DNA from: Eledone cirrhosa
Taxonomy: Eukaryota
DNA: 64,000 bases
Assembly (NCBI GenBank): GCA_964016885.1
Contig: OZ024743.1
Span: forward strand, 181,102,001-181,166,000
Direction of reading: 5' to 3'
Under the pieces are notes generated by a model that saw only the letters and a program-made list of their open reading frames with translations, searched no databases and was not told where the DNA came from. Made by a program: the position numbers and the translations under genes. Below, piece by piece: positions 27,861 through 46,995 of this stretch (position 1 is its first letter; every line of letters starts with the position of its first letter).

Positions 27861-29244
27861 ATATAATATTTGGAGGAAAACACATAATTAAATCTGAAGT
27901 AGAAAGTTGAGAAACGTGTGGCTAGAAATCTACCATTGATCCATAACAGTTACATATATATATGTGTGGGGGAGGGGGGTCGTGTACAAAAAAGATTCAT
28001 AAGCAATGAGAAATTGATTTCAATGCTTCTTCTAAAAGTACATTTACATATACACTCGCACGTCAACTGTAAATTGGCCATCGAACAACTGAAGAAAAAG
28101 TTACGGATAATTACATATAAATGTATACTTACTACAGGAGCAGTGGAATTGGGGTGGGGCCAATTTGATCAATTTAGTTGTAGTGATTAGTTCAGCTCTT
28201 TGCTCTCTAAAATGGTCAGAAAACTTCGATATCTGATAAACATAACATGTACATAAATTGTAGCGATATCCAAATAGATGTGTGTTTTGGTAGTTTGGTG
28301 AGAAACTACAAAAACACGAACTGCTACAAGGTACTCTCTTCCAATTCCCCTCTATATATCAATTAACACCAAACTCTTCCCCTCTCTATATCTAATATAT
28401 AACACATTCTCCCAACCTTCCTCTCTATATCGAATACCAGACTATATCTATATCGATCTCCCCCATCTGTCTCTATATAACATGTACATAAATTGTAGCG
28501 CAAATCCAAATAGATGTGTTTTGGTAGTTCGGGGGAAAAATATAATTATTGGAGTGGAGGGGAGCATAAATAATAATCGCACTCAAGTTATAAACAGTGT
28601 TTTATTACTTCTAACAAACAATTATACTTTATATTTATATTTATATATATGTGTGTGATAACTGCCGCATCTTTACAGAAGAGGGTCATCTTTTCAATGC
28701 ATTCCCTGCCATTATGAACCACCGCCAACTGCAGGCTGCTGGCCAGTTTGATGACTGAACAGGCTTTGTTTACGTCAGCTTTTCTAGTCCCTTCCCATGT
28801 GGTGTAGGTGAGCAGTACGCTCCCAAAAATGGCCTCCACCGAAGCATGTTGCTGTTCAGGTTAACAGTGGAGTAACGTTAGAATAAGACTCGAGCCTCCT
28901 GTCTCTCTCGCTCTCCACATCTCTCACTATTATAAGCAAATGGGGGTTCACGCGCTGGAAGCCCCGAAGCCCCAGCGGAGGATGGTGAGGGTGACGCGTT
29001 GGAAGAGCCATTCCAGCTCGCGAGGCTCACACCTGCGGGTAGCCAACTCCATGCTGATGGTGGTGAGTAGAAAGGTGGCCCTAGAGCCAAGGACACCAGA
29101 AGTCTTCTCATCTCTACAATCAGTTCAGTGAGAGGTTGGTGTGAGGTAAGGAGCGGTGTTTAATCGATAATCTATATCCTGAATGTAATGTCGAGCCGAG
29201 TGGGGTTGCTCGGACTTTGAAATATTTATCATGTGGTGAAGTCG

Positions 29245-29530
29245 GGTGGCTGTGGAGGTACGTGGGTGAGTGATTAGAAAATCGGATTCACAATCGTGAA
29301 GTTGTGAGCTCGATTCCCGGACCGGGTGATGCGTTATGTCCTTGAGCAAGACACTTTATTTCACCTTGCTCCTTCTGCTTGGATTTACGACCGGTAGATA
29401 GTATTAGCAATTGGAAAGACTAGTGGAAACATTGTTTCTTTGATCCGATTTGACAAGCTCCACTCCACTCATTAAGCGAATGAGGTATGGGACGTTCTAG
29501 TCGACTGTTATATATCATATGTTGAAAGTA
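29245..29530 (+). mobile_element. tRNA-derived SINE, family 2 (partial second copy 32351-32516)
   Basis: gtggaggtacgtgg..ctcgattcccggacc..gtccttgagcaagacactttatttcac. Tail gaccg.tagatagtattagcaa is shared with ~32430. Confidence 0.7.
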
Positions 29531-29979
29531 CGTTACGAGGACATACACAACTAAATAACTATCTTAGTCTCCAAGTTATCACACAAATCTACGATGATTG
29601 TTATACTGAAATCTCGATAGATTGTTTGCTAAAAAAAGAAAAATTAAAATAGCTTTCAAAATAATCTATTCCAAACGAAATGAGAGTAAAGAAATTTGTT
29701 TCCTCCCAAGATTATATTTTTTACTTTCAATATTTCAACTTTTCCAAAAGTGGCAATAATACAGAAATACTAAAAACAGACATATATTTTAAGAATTATT
29801 TTATATTAATAATTCAAAATAGTAAAAGATATGTTTTAAAATATATCCTTCTCTCTCTCTCACACTCTCTCTCTCACTCACTCTCCCCCTCTCTCTCTAT
29901 ATATCTATCTATCAATCTCCCACTCACTCTCTCTCTTTAAAATATTGTTCTTGTTTCTTGCCAAAAGAAAACGCCACCA

Positions 29980-30112
29980 TCACCGTCCTAACCATCATCA
30001 TCATTATCATCATCATCATCATCATCATCCTCATCATCTTCGTCAGAATCATTATTATCCTCACCATCACCATTATTATCATCACCATCATCATCATCTT
30101 TATCATCATCAT
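29980..30112 (+). repeat. (CAT)n imperfect microsatellite
   Basis: Direct observation. Confidence 0.95.
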
Positions 30113-30778
30113 GTCTTCAGAATTAGAACACGTTTATTTCATAGTCACCTATGCTATACCGCCCAACACTTGAGGTGATTTCTATAATATCTTGGGCGGG
30201 GTGATAGGAGACAGTTTCTATCTAATCAGATGTCTTTTGAAGTTCGTTTTATTTCTTAGTTGGGTGTTGGTTTGTCCATTGTTTTTTTTTTTTGTTTTTT
30301 TTTGTGAAATTTGTTTATCCTTATTGTGAACACGTCTAGACTAAAGTAATGGAGATTGGATGACCTTTGATAGGGATATGAATTTCATTACTGAAATAAA
30401 TGTACTACGTGAATTCGCTATATCTACCAGGAGTATAATTTCATTGTCTAAAATTGTGTATCGTTGAAACTCTAAACTTATTCGTTTTACCACAGCCAGC
30501 GCACAAGTTATTTTACCACAGCCAATGTTGTGTGTTTGTTCTGAATACATTATTCTAGTTGGTGAAGCACTCACATTTTTCAAAGCGTTTTATCTGGTAT
30601 CTCTTTGCTGTGATTTGTTATTTCAAACTTTCTTTTACTTCTCCTATATTCTAGGACTTTGTATTTCTCAATAAACAACAGATAAACGAAAATGTAATTA
30701 ATGCATCCCACTGCTTTCAGTTTGTTGGGGATGGTGCATTTATTAAAGTAGGATTTCATCCATATTGAATAAATTATA

Positions 30779-30862
30779 TCTTCTTCTTCTTCTTCTTCTT
30801 CTTCTTCTTCTTCTTCTTCTTCTTCTTCTTCTTCTTCTTCTTCTTCTTCTTCTTCTTCTTCC
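30779..30862 (+). repeat. (TTC)n microsatellite
   Basis: Direct observation. Confidence 0.98.
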
Positions 30863-31314
30863 TGAGAGTTAGAAAAAATCTGAAAAATTAATAAGAGAGG
30901 GGATGGGGACATTATTCCAGATCTGAGAGTAGGTGTCATCCTAATTTTAGAATGAGCTTCGTTTTGATGATTTATCCTTTCAAATATGTAATTTTCCTAT
31001 TGTGTTGCTGTTGTTGTTTGTATTACTAGAGTTGATTTTTTTTTTAGTGTGGCCTTTATTTTATTTCTTTGATAGATTTTTAGGATACTTCAAATGTAAT
31101 TATACTTTAGTTGTTGAAGTGACGTCCGAACTAGTATCCTCCACCACCAAGTAACTTCCCTCCACCTCTGGGTCCCGGCCGACAGAATGGAGAATACATT
31201 GCCCCGGAGGATGGCGAGGGAGACTTGCTGAAACGATAGGTTGCATTTGAGAGGATTTTGGCAGCTGTTTCTAGCTGGTTGAGCAGTGGGGTAATGAACC
31301 GATGGAATAGACGA

Positions 31315-31360
<46 letters not shown>

Positions 31361-32173
31361 AAATACTCTCTCTCACTCTCTCTCTCTATTTATCTATCTC
31401 CTCCGAAACTCTTAACGCCGTCTTTGAATATTAATTCTATTGAACAGAAATATTACGAAGGGCGGAAATTGTTTTTCGGGTAAATGAAAGAAACCTTAGT
31501 GTAAAAGGAAACGATACATTTTAATTCTTCTGACTTTTAAGTACCTTCTCATTGCCTGCGTGTTTGTCAATTTTTTTTAAGTAACACTATTATTTTCATT
31601 TTATGTAGCTATAAAATACCTGACTTTGCACGACTAATGAATGACACAGTCGGCGGAGAATTTCTACGAAAGGAATAATCACAATTCTACAATAACATAT
31701 CAATTGAAACACAAAATTGTTAGTGTTTCTCTCAGAAATACACAATTCAAAGGCGTCTTAATAATATATGTATATTAATTCTTTTGGTGCAATTGTGTTT
31801 CAAAAAAGGAAACGATACAAAAAGAATAAATGAAAAAAATAGATTGAACTGTATACGCGTATAAACACATAAACATTTATTTTTGAGCCGAAAACGAAAT
31901 CTTGCATTATAAATGCTTACCTAAACATTACTGGTGAAGGGAGTATGAACTTTCAGGTGGCAAAGAAGATAATTTGTAAGTTATGGCTTCTTCAATAAAT
32001 GTATCGCAAAAAATCAAAGCCATATACGTTAAATTTCAATATATTATGTACAATACTACACCAAATAGAAAATAACAGCATCAATTTTCTTGTAGAAAGG
32101 TGTTTATTGTGAAGTTATTTTGAAATACTTAAGGTCAACTGTTGCGTTGTCTATAGAAATAAATAAATTGCAT

Positions 32174-32266
<93 letters not shown>

Positions 32267-32287
32267 TTATTATATATGTATATATAT

Positions 32288-32332
<45 letters not shown>

Positions 32333-32520
32333 TATTATATATATATATATGTGAGTTCGATTCCTGGACCAGGCGATGCGTTATGTCCTTGAGCAAGACA
32401 CTTTATTTCACGTTGCTCCTGGAGTTGCGACCGATAGATAGTATTAGCAATAGGAAAGACCAACGGAAACGTTGTTTCCTCGGTCCGATTTGACGAAAGT
32501 CGATCGTTCCTTTTGTTATA

Positions 32521-38232
<5,712 letters not shown>

Positions 38233-38261
38233 GTATATATAGTATATATATATATATATGT

Positions 38262-40104
38262 ATTGAAGTTTCCTTTTAAAACAGAAAAAGTCATAGGAGC
38301 GAAGAGTGCTCTATGTAAGTACCAGAGCAAAATTTAATGTATAAAAAACAATACAATATAATTACCTCATTACCAGAGGTTTCCCGAATAAGGCGAATAC
38401 GAGAGAAACGTCTTCATTCGTTCGTCGGACGAGGCAATATAAAACATAGCTAAATATTTGGAAAGTCTCCTCAAGAAATGCAAAAAAAATTATATAAATA
38501 TAGATAAAGGTAATACAATAAACATATAAAATATATAAAAAAATGTTAAGAAATATAGTTAGGTGTGTGTATATGTATGTATATACACCCACAGATGTAC
38601 ATATGTATGTATGTACAAATGTGTGTGTATAGTGAAAATGTGTGCGTAAATATATGTATGAGGGCAAGTATATCTGTGTATATGTACCTACAGACATGAT
38701 ATGAGTGTCCGGTTGACAGGTATACAGAAAAACAGGGTATTAGATACATTATAAGAATATGAAGGCACGCGTATAAACACACACACACGCGCGTACACTT
38801 ATATGCGGAAGCAAAAGAGGTAAGGGAGTGTAATAGTAAAAAGAAAGTATCATTCTTGATATATTTATAAAAATGGAACAATAATTTAGATAGAAAAATT
38901 GCAAAGTGAAGTAAAGAAAACATACAACGTACACGCGTACATACACACATATATCTATAAGAAACGTATATCTATAAAAAAAAATATATATACACGCAAA
39001 ACGTGCAGACAAAAGCGTATGCAAGTATACATACACACACAGGATGCACATATATATATACATACACCTCGCCCCATGTATATCTAATCACGCGTACGTA
39101 CGCGACTGTATACACACACACACATACACACACATAAATATATACATACATATATACATACGCACACTTACACATCCATACATTCAGTACGTACACACAC
39201 ACACACACACACACATACATACACTCACGCTCGTTGACCCGCTTACATGCACACACATAAAAATAAGAATGTAAAAAAACATACATGTAAAAACACAGAT
39301 ATAAAAACACACATACATACACATATATATATACACGCACGCGCGCGCACATACGGAGGCGTTTGTGTACATATACAGAAAGTATACACACATAAAGACG
39401 CTCAGACACAGAGATACAGGGTGTAAAAACAGCCTTGTGAATAAGTGAGTACAAATATAAAATTATAAAATTGGCTGCGAAATAACAGAAAATATCTGGA
39501 GTGGAAAACGCAAGTGACCTGTGTAATCAGGTAGTGAAGAAAATAGGGAAGTAAAAAGTGGAAAGTTAAGATATTAGGTAAGTGAATCGGAGAATAAAGG
39601 GGGGTTAGTGGTGGATGTCAAGTAAAAATAAAAACTAAAAATAAAAATAAAATTAATAATAAGGTTATAAATGAAAGTAAATCAGAAAAGGTAGTCTTAA
39701 AGAGAATAATAAGAGCTTATGGAGGATAAGTATCTGAAAGTGTGTTAAGTTTATATGAGCTGGAAAGCAGGTGTGATTTCATGTGTGGGCAACTGGTGAA
39801 AATTTCTGTCTTTGTGTTTAGGCAGGTCTTTGGTGATTTAAGGTTTTGCAAAATCCAATATTTTTCATTTATGCAGAGCGTGCATTTTCTTGTTCCTCTT
39901 GCATAATATTTAGATTGGTACAAAATTGACCAATCCAATTTATATTGGATACCTTGGTCTTTCAAATCCCATATTCTGCTAGCCAGAGCTGTTGTAAATC
40001 TTTTTTCTGGATGTCGAAAGGATGCGACATGTGAGTAATAACGCGTTTTGAATTTGTCTTGTGTCATACCCACATATCGTTCACTGGTGGCTGGTTGGTT
40101 GTTG

Positions 40105-40105
<1 letters not shown>
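38262..40105 (-). mobile_element. Penelope-like element 3' fragment (GIY-YIG 39717-40100) with HHR variant at 38365-38434
   Basis: [17 protein letters not shown]...CTLCINEK...LNTKTE..CPH. Minus: cctcgt-CCGACGA-acgaatga..ttattcgg-GAAA-cc(tct)gg-TA-atgagg. Confidence 0.9.
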
Positions 40106-40199
<94 letters not shown>

Positions 40200-40203
<4 letters not shown>

Positions 40204-40616
40204 GGAGGTGAGTTTTATTGTAGTACAATAAAGCAATGCAGATATCGGATAAGAAGCACTCTACAGTTTGTGGGACTGGAGTATGCATAATATAAGATCA
40301 AAAGATGGTTAAAGGAGTTCAATATATTTTATTATGCGCATTTCAAAAACAAACATCATCAAACAATAATATTTGTGTTTTCATCAGATAAAACAGGAGA
40401 ACATGATATGAAGGCTAAAAAAACACTTGTTGATAGTGCAGTTTTAAATCAACATATGTTGATTTAAAACTGCACTATCAACAAGTGTTTTTTTAGCCTT
40501 CATATCATGTTCTCCTGTTTTATCTGATGAAAACACAAATATTATTGTTTGATGATGTTTGTTTTTGAAATGCGCATAATAAAATATATTGAACTCCTTT
40601 AACCATCTTTTGATCT

Positions 40617-40621
<5 letters not shown>
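40200..40621. mobile_element. Perfect fold-back insertion with HHR in each arm
   Basis: Palindrome 40290-40621 centred at 40455/6, tail 40200-40290. tgttttat-CTGATGA-long stem II-GAAA-tgcgca-TA-ataaaata at 40516-40586 (+) and 40325-40395 (-). Confidence 0.88.
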
Positions 40622-40666
<45 letters not shown>

Positions 40667-40853
40667 AATATATATTATATATATATTATATATGTATATA
40701 TATATTATATATATATATATTATATATGTATATATATATTATATATATATTATATATTATATATGTATATATATATTATATATATATATTATATATGTAT
40801 ATATATTATATATATATATATATATAATATATATATAATATATATATCATATA

Positions 40854-40914
<61 letters not shown>

Positions 40915-40916
<2 letters not shown>

Positions 40917-41103
40917 AACGAGTAGGACCCGACGGCTGAGCTCAAGCCGTTTCGACGGCTAATTCAGTCCAGAATTAGCCGTCGAAACGGCTTGAGCCCA
41001 GCCGTCGGGGTCCTACTCGTTCCTATTACCCACTCTACTACCCTAAGTATTGAGTACTGTGGTGCGTTATGGTCCACCTGGTTCCTTACCACATTTCCTT
41101 CGT
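40915..41103. mobile_element. PLE family B short fold-back insertion
   Basis: Mirror image of 11721-11911. Confidence 0.85.
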
Positions 41104-41129
41104 TATATATATATATATATATATATAGT

Positions 41130-41372
41130 GTATAGTGGAGGCACGTGGCCTAGTGGTAAGGGTGTTGGACTTACGATCATAATGTCGTGGGCGCGATTCC
41201 TGGGTTGCGTGTTGTGTTCTTGAGCAAAACACTTCTTTTCACGTTGCTCCAGTATACTCAACTGAAAATGAGTACCAGCAATAGCTGGAGGTTTAACCCT
41301 GCGATGGACTGGAGTCTTTTCTTGTACTCTCAGTCGCTTCACGCCATGAAACCGGGATAAGCCTTCTGGCTT
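41130..41372 (+). mobile_element. tRNA-derived SINE, family 2
   Basis: A box gtggcctagtggtaag, B-box-like cgattcc, central gtgttcttgagcaaaacactt. Confidence 0.75.
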
Positions 41373-41499
41373 AAGACAGACTTTAGACTTTTTAGATATA
41401 TATATTATATATATATATATATAATATATGATATATATATATAATATATATACATATATAATATATATATATATATTATATACATATATAATATATATA

Positions 41500-41724
41500 G
41501 TAATAATAATAAATTTGAAGACTAAAATCCAAAGAGGGCTCGATAAGGATAAATATATATCAAATATATAAGAACCGTAGAGCAAATATTTATTAAAATA
41601 ACAGATTAAAGTTTAAGCAAAGAATCGCTGCTTTCACCCTTAACAGGATCTTCTGTTTCAGAAGATCCCGTTAAGGGTGAAAGCAGCGATTCTTTGCTTT
41701 AACTTTAATCTGTTATTTTAATAA

Positions 41725-41726
<2 letters not shown>
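41500..41726. mobile_element. Fold-back insertion in (TA)n (related fragment 55985-56052)
   Basis: Arms 41591-41655 / 41658-41724, tail on the left arm. Confidence 0.7.
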
Positions 41727-41759
<33 letters not shown>

Positions 41760-41762
<3 letters not shown>

Positions 41763-43942
41763 TATGCATGTATACGTACATACATATATGTATACAGACG
41801 TACAGTAGCATGCACATATATATATATATATACATATATATATACATATGCATACAGGTACACATACATATATGCACGTATCAGTTTAGCGGCGCTAACG
41901 TCGCTTTGTTCGTTTGTAAACAAACTGAACAGCCTGAATTTATGCCATACGGTGTTAAGGCAACCACGTCACCTTTTTGTTCAACACTGACACAGGAACG
42001 ATGTACTAGTTTCAAGCTTGTTAGCTATCATCAGCACCGTTTACCCATCTGCCAGATAGTTGAACGTTCGAAAGTATATACTTTCCTTATGAAAATTAAC
42101 GGCTGAGCAGCCTAATTTGCATATTGAGTGAGTTAAATCGGTCAGGCATACCGAAAACGATAAATTGAAACAAAATGAAAACGAAATTTCATTTCTCACT
42201 CTTAGTATGGCACTTACTTAAATGTAAGTATGCATGTATACGTACATACATATATGTATACAGACGTACAGTAGCATGCACATATATATATATATATACA
42301 TATATATATACATATGCATACAGGTACACATACATATATGCACGTATCAGTTTAGCGGCGCTAACGTCGCTTTGTTCGTTTGTAAACAAACTGAACAGCC
42401 TGAATTTATGCCATACGGTGTTAAGGCAACCACGTCACCTTTTTGTTCAACACTGACACAGGAACGATGTACTAGTTTCAAGCTTGTTAGCTATCATCAG
42501 CACCGTTTACCCATCTGCCAGATAGTTGAACGTTCGAAAGTATATACTTTCCTTATGAAAATTAACGGCTGAGCAGCCTAATTTGCATATTGAGTGAGTT
42601 AAATCGGTCAGGCATACCGAAAACGATAAATTGAAACAAAATGAAAACGAAATTTCATTTCTCACTCTTAGTATGGCACTTACTTAAATGTAAGTATGCA
42701 TGTATACGTACATACATATATGTATACAGACGTACAGTAGCATGCACATATATATATATATATACATATATATATACATATGCATACAGGTACACATACA
42801 TATATGCACGTATCAGTTTAGCGGCGCTAACGTCGCTTTGTTCGTTTGTAAACAAACTGAACAGCCTGAATTTATGCCATACGGTGTTAAGGCAACCACG
42901 TCACCTTTTTGTTCAACACTGACACAGGAACGATGTACTAGTTTCAAGCTTGTTAGCTATCATCAGCACCGTTTACCCATCTGCCAGATAGTTGAACGTT
43001 CGAAAGTATATACTTTCCTTATGAAAATTAACGGCTGAGCAGCCTAATTTGCGTATTGAGTGAGTTAAATCGGTCAGGCATACCGAAAACGATAAATTGA
43101 AACAAAATGAAAACGAAATTTCATTTCTCACTCTTAGTATGGCACTTACTTAAATGTAAGTATGCATGTATACGTACATACATATATGTATACAGACGTA
43201 CAGTAGCATGCACATATATATATATATATACATATATATATACACATATGCATACAGGTACACATACATATATGCACGTATCAGTTTAGCGGCGCTAACG
43301 TCGCTTTGTTCGTTTGTAAACAAACTGAACAGCCTGAATTTATGCCATACGGTGTTAAGGCAACCACGTCACCTTTTTGTTCAACACTGACACAGGAACG
43401 ATGTACTAGTTTCAAGCTTGTTAGCTATCATCAGCACCGTTTACCCATCTGCCAGATAGTTGAACGTTCGAAAGTATATACTTTCCTTATGAAAATTAAC
43501 GGCTGAGCAGCCTAATTTGCATATTGAGTGAGTTAAATCGGTCAGGCATACCGAAAACGATAAATTGAAACAAAATGAAAACGAAATTTCATTTCTCACT
43601 CTTAGTATGGCACTTACTTAAATGTAAGTATGCATGTATACGTACATACATATATGTATACAGACGTACAGTAGCATGCACATATATATATATATATACA
43701 TATATATATACATATGCATACAGGTACACATACATATATGCACGTATCAGTTTAGCGGCGCTAACGTCGCTTTGTTCGTTTGTAAACAAACTGAACAGCC
43801 TGAATTTATGCCATACGGTGTTAAGGCAACCACGTCACCTTTTTGTTCAACACTGACACAGGAACGATGTACTAGTTTCAAGCTTGTTAGCTATCATCAG
43901 CACCGTTTACCCATCTGCCAGATAGTTGAACGTTCGAAAGTA
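41760..43942 (-). repeat. 466-bp HHR-bearing tandem array (~4.7 near-identical units); retrozyme-like
   Basis: Minus: acggtg-CTGATGA-t-agct(aaca)agct-t-GAAA-ctag-TA-catcgt at 41998-42040, 42464-42506, 42930-42972, 43398-43440, 43864-43906. Confidence 0.92.
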
Positions 43943-46797
43943 TGGTGGGGAGGGGCGGGGGGCTCTCAAAAGAGAGATTAGAGTAATGTCGATAGGATTT
44001 ATCAAAGAAGTAGCGTTGGAAAAAAATAGAAAGGAGGGGGAGTTGGAAGCTAAGTGAGACGAGGCTATTTGTAGTGGCATTGCAACTGACGTGCTGGCGG
44101 CGAGAATGGCATTAGATCATTTCTTCAATGCGAAACATGAAGGTTGCATTGTCAGAGCTAAGGCGCGTGCTCTGAGAAACGAGAGAACCAAAGCTGTTCG
44201 ATGGGCCCGCGTGGCAGAGGCGCAGCGTGGTAATAAAACCACGATTCGGTCTTTGACGGACCGAGATGGACACGAGCTGAGCGATTCCAAGCGGATGTGT
44301 GAGGCCTTTCGCGAACATTTTCCTCGGTTGTTCGGGGGAGGTGGCGGGTCAGAGACGGTGGCGGACTACAGTCCCTATCTCTATGGCTTGCCGCAACTCT
44401 CGACGGACGATGCTGAGAGCTGCGAAAGATCGATTACTTCAGCTGAGATTCAGGATACCCTTGTCGGCTGCACGAGGTGCAAGTCACCCGGTTTGGATGG
44501 TCTGCCCTGCGAGTTTTACGTAAATAAACCAGACTTGTTCTCCGACCTCCTCGAAGCGCTCTACTGCAACTGGCAGCAGAACGGGATCATTCCCAGTTCT
44601 GTGAGCCGGGGCGTAGTCACGCTGATGAGGAAAGACGAGAACAAGAGGGGCACATTAGACAATTTCAGGCCCATAACTCTGCTCAACACAGAGTTTAAGA
44701 TTTTGGCCAGGGTGTTAGCGAAGAGGTTGGCGCTTGTCGTCGGGGATTTGGTTGGGGAGGCGCAAACTTGCGCAATCCCAGCCAGGTCCATACACGACAA
44801 CCTCCACCTGATGCGATACATCATAGAGAGGGTAGGGTGTAAACATGGCTTCGGTGGGGCTCTAATCAATTTAGATCAATCGAAAGCATTCGATAGGGTC
44901 GACCATCGGTACCTGGAGGCTGTCCTCAAGGCGGCTGGCTTCGACCTCGTCTTCAGAAGCTGGATCGCTGTAATGCACAGCGGCACCTGCTCGGTGGTCA
45001 AAATTAATGGCCACCTCTCGCAACCGTTTCAGGTCTCCCGATCGGTCCGTCAAGGGTGCACTCTCTCCTCCCTTCTGTACGTATTGACTCTCGAGCCTTT
45101 ACTGTGGAAGATGGAGCTGTTGCAGGGCATCCCGCTCGCACCGGGACGCGGAAAGGTTGTGTCGGCTTATGCGGACGACATCACCGTGATGGTATCGGAC
45201 ACCTCAGAAATCGAGGTGGTCGGCAACTTATTGGAGGAATATGAAAGGTTGACGGGAGCAAAACTTAACCCGGAAAAGTCGGTGGGCTTGCAACTCGGCA
45301 CCTGGAGAGGCAAAACCATGCCGTCCAACAGCGTCGTTGGGCGCTGGACGGACGGACCGGTAAAGTTTCTCGGGGTTTAGTTCGGGCCAGACCTCCAGGT
45401 GGATAAGAATTGGGAGAGGTGACGGGCAGGGTAGCCAGTCTCTCCCAGAAATGGGCTGGGATGAAGCTATCACTGAAAGGTTGGGCGGAGGTGGCGAACG
45501 CGTACATCGCGTCCGTCATCTACTACCGTCTGACCGTCGTCCCTTGCCCCACTTCGCGCCTCGCCATCTTGGAGCGGCTCCTCTTCAAATTCTTGTGGAG
45601 GGATCAGGTTCCGCTGGTGAGGCGGTCCATTTGCTGCCAGCAGCCTCTACGTGGAGGGCTGGGCATGCCGTGGCTAATGATGCGCAGGCACGCGCTGAGG
45701 CTGCGGCATCTCAAGATATTCTGCCTAAACGGTGAACAGGTGTGGTCGCCGTTTGTCATACGGGCCTTTCCGCAGCTCGTTTCTTTGACTGAGCTGCAGT
45801 CCTGGGTCAAGAAGAGACCGAAACTGGGTGACTGGCATCTGGAATGTTGCCAGGCACTCGCTGCCCTCTACAAGGCGGGCAATGCGGTCATTGGAACTTC
45901 CACTCTCGAGTTCTATAGAGGATTAGTGGTGGGTAAGTGCGACGACGCACTCGGAGAGGCTCTGGGAGTCAACGAAGTCGAATTAACCAGTCTGTACTGG
46001 AGGACTTTCGAGCCGGGGACGATGGATAATTTCCAAAAATCCCTCGCTTGGCAGTGCTACCGGGGGGGAGGGGCACTGCCGGTTCGAGGTAAACTCTACA
46101 GGCACGGAAGTGCTGTCAGACGGACCTGCCCGAGATGCGCGCAGAGCGACGAAACCGTTCTGCACGCGCTCGTCCAGTGTCCGTGCATTACTGACTTGTT
46201 GAGTTATGTTGAACAGCTGTTGTCGCGTGTAGAACGGATCCGGCTATCGGCCGATTCCATAGCGAAGATCGACCCGCCGCCTTCTTTTGGCCAGGAAGGG
46301 CAGGCAATTTTCCTCTGTCTGGTGGCAGTAGCGAAAGAGGTTGTATGGTGGACGAGGTTGAAAGGACTGAAGACAGACACTTTTCTCTTCGGCCAATCCC
46401 TCATCAACTTTTTCAAGTTTCACTTGGAAAGGAAGGTGAGGGTGGAGAGAGAAGTGCTGCCCCCCAGTACATTTTCTGAAAGGTGGGTGAATGTGGCGAA
46501 AATGGCCTACTCTGGTCATGCGGCTGTAGGTAGGTAAATTTGAGGAGGAGAGGGGGTGCCCTTCCAGGGTGCTCTCGAAGCGTCGGGTCGTTCAGGATTG
46601 GTGGGGTACCTGAGCGAACCCTGGGTGGTCATTCCCACCCCCCCCCCCCCTATTGGGGAATTTTTTCTTGTTGTAATTTTCTTGTTACTTTGTTATTGTT
46701 ATTCATATTGTTTACTACTTTTTCTGTAAAACCCCTCTGTCCCAGTCTTTTGTATTGACCCCTATATGTCGGCCCTTGTGGCCAATAAATGAAATCA
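43943..46797 (+). mobile_element. Tx1/L1-clade LINE ORF2, 5'-truncated, disrupted
   Basis: KSPGLDG, NFRPITLLN, LDQSKAFDRV, SVRQGC, YADD, GGLG, CPRC..ETVLHALVQC (CCHC). Stop at 45378 and frameshift ~45410. 3'UTR ends aataaatgaaatc. Confidence 0.93.
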
Positions 46798-46804
46798 TTA
46801 TTAT

Positions 46805-46995
46805 GGATTGGTAGTATCGGTAGAGGGTCAGACACCATGCTTTCCGGCATAGTTACGTCCCTTTACGATCTGAGTTCAAATCCCGCCGTGGTTGACTTTG
46901 CCTTTCATCCTTACGGGGTCGATAAAATAAAGTACCAGTAATGCACTGGGTGATTGCTGGCCTTGTGCCTAAAGTAGAAACAATTATTATTATTA
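46805..46995 (+). mobile_element. tRNA-derived SINE, family 1
   Basis: tggtagtatcggtagag..gagttcaaatcccgcc..gactttgcctttcatcc..ggggtcgataaaataaagtaccag..(ATT)n. Confidence 0.8.

Noticed and set aside
41130-41205. tRNA gene
   Set aside because: A/B-box head runs into a SINE body and the cloverleaf is degenerate; it is a SINE head.
41768-43981. Repeated 93-115 aa ORFs in the 466-bp array
   Set aside because: They start in TA-rich low-complexity sequence, are frameshifted in one unit and show no motif; by-product of the repeat.
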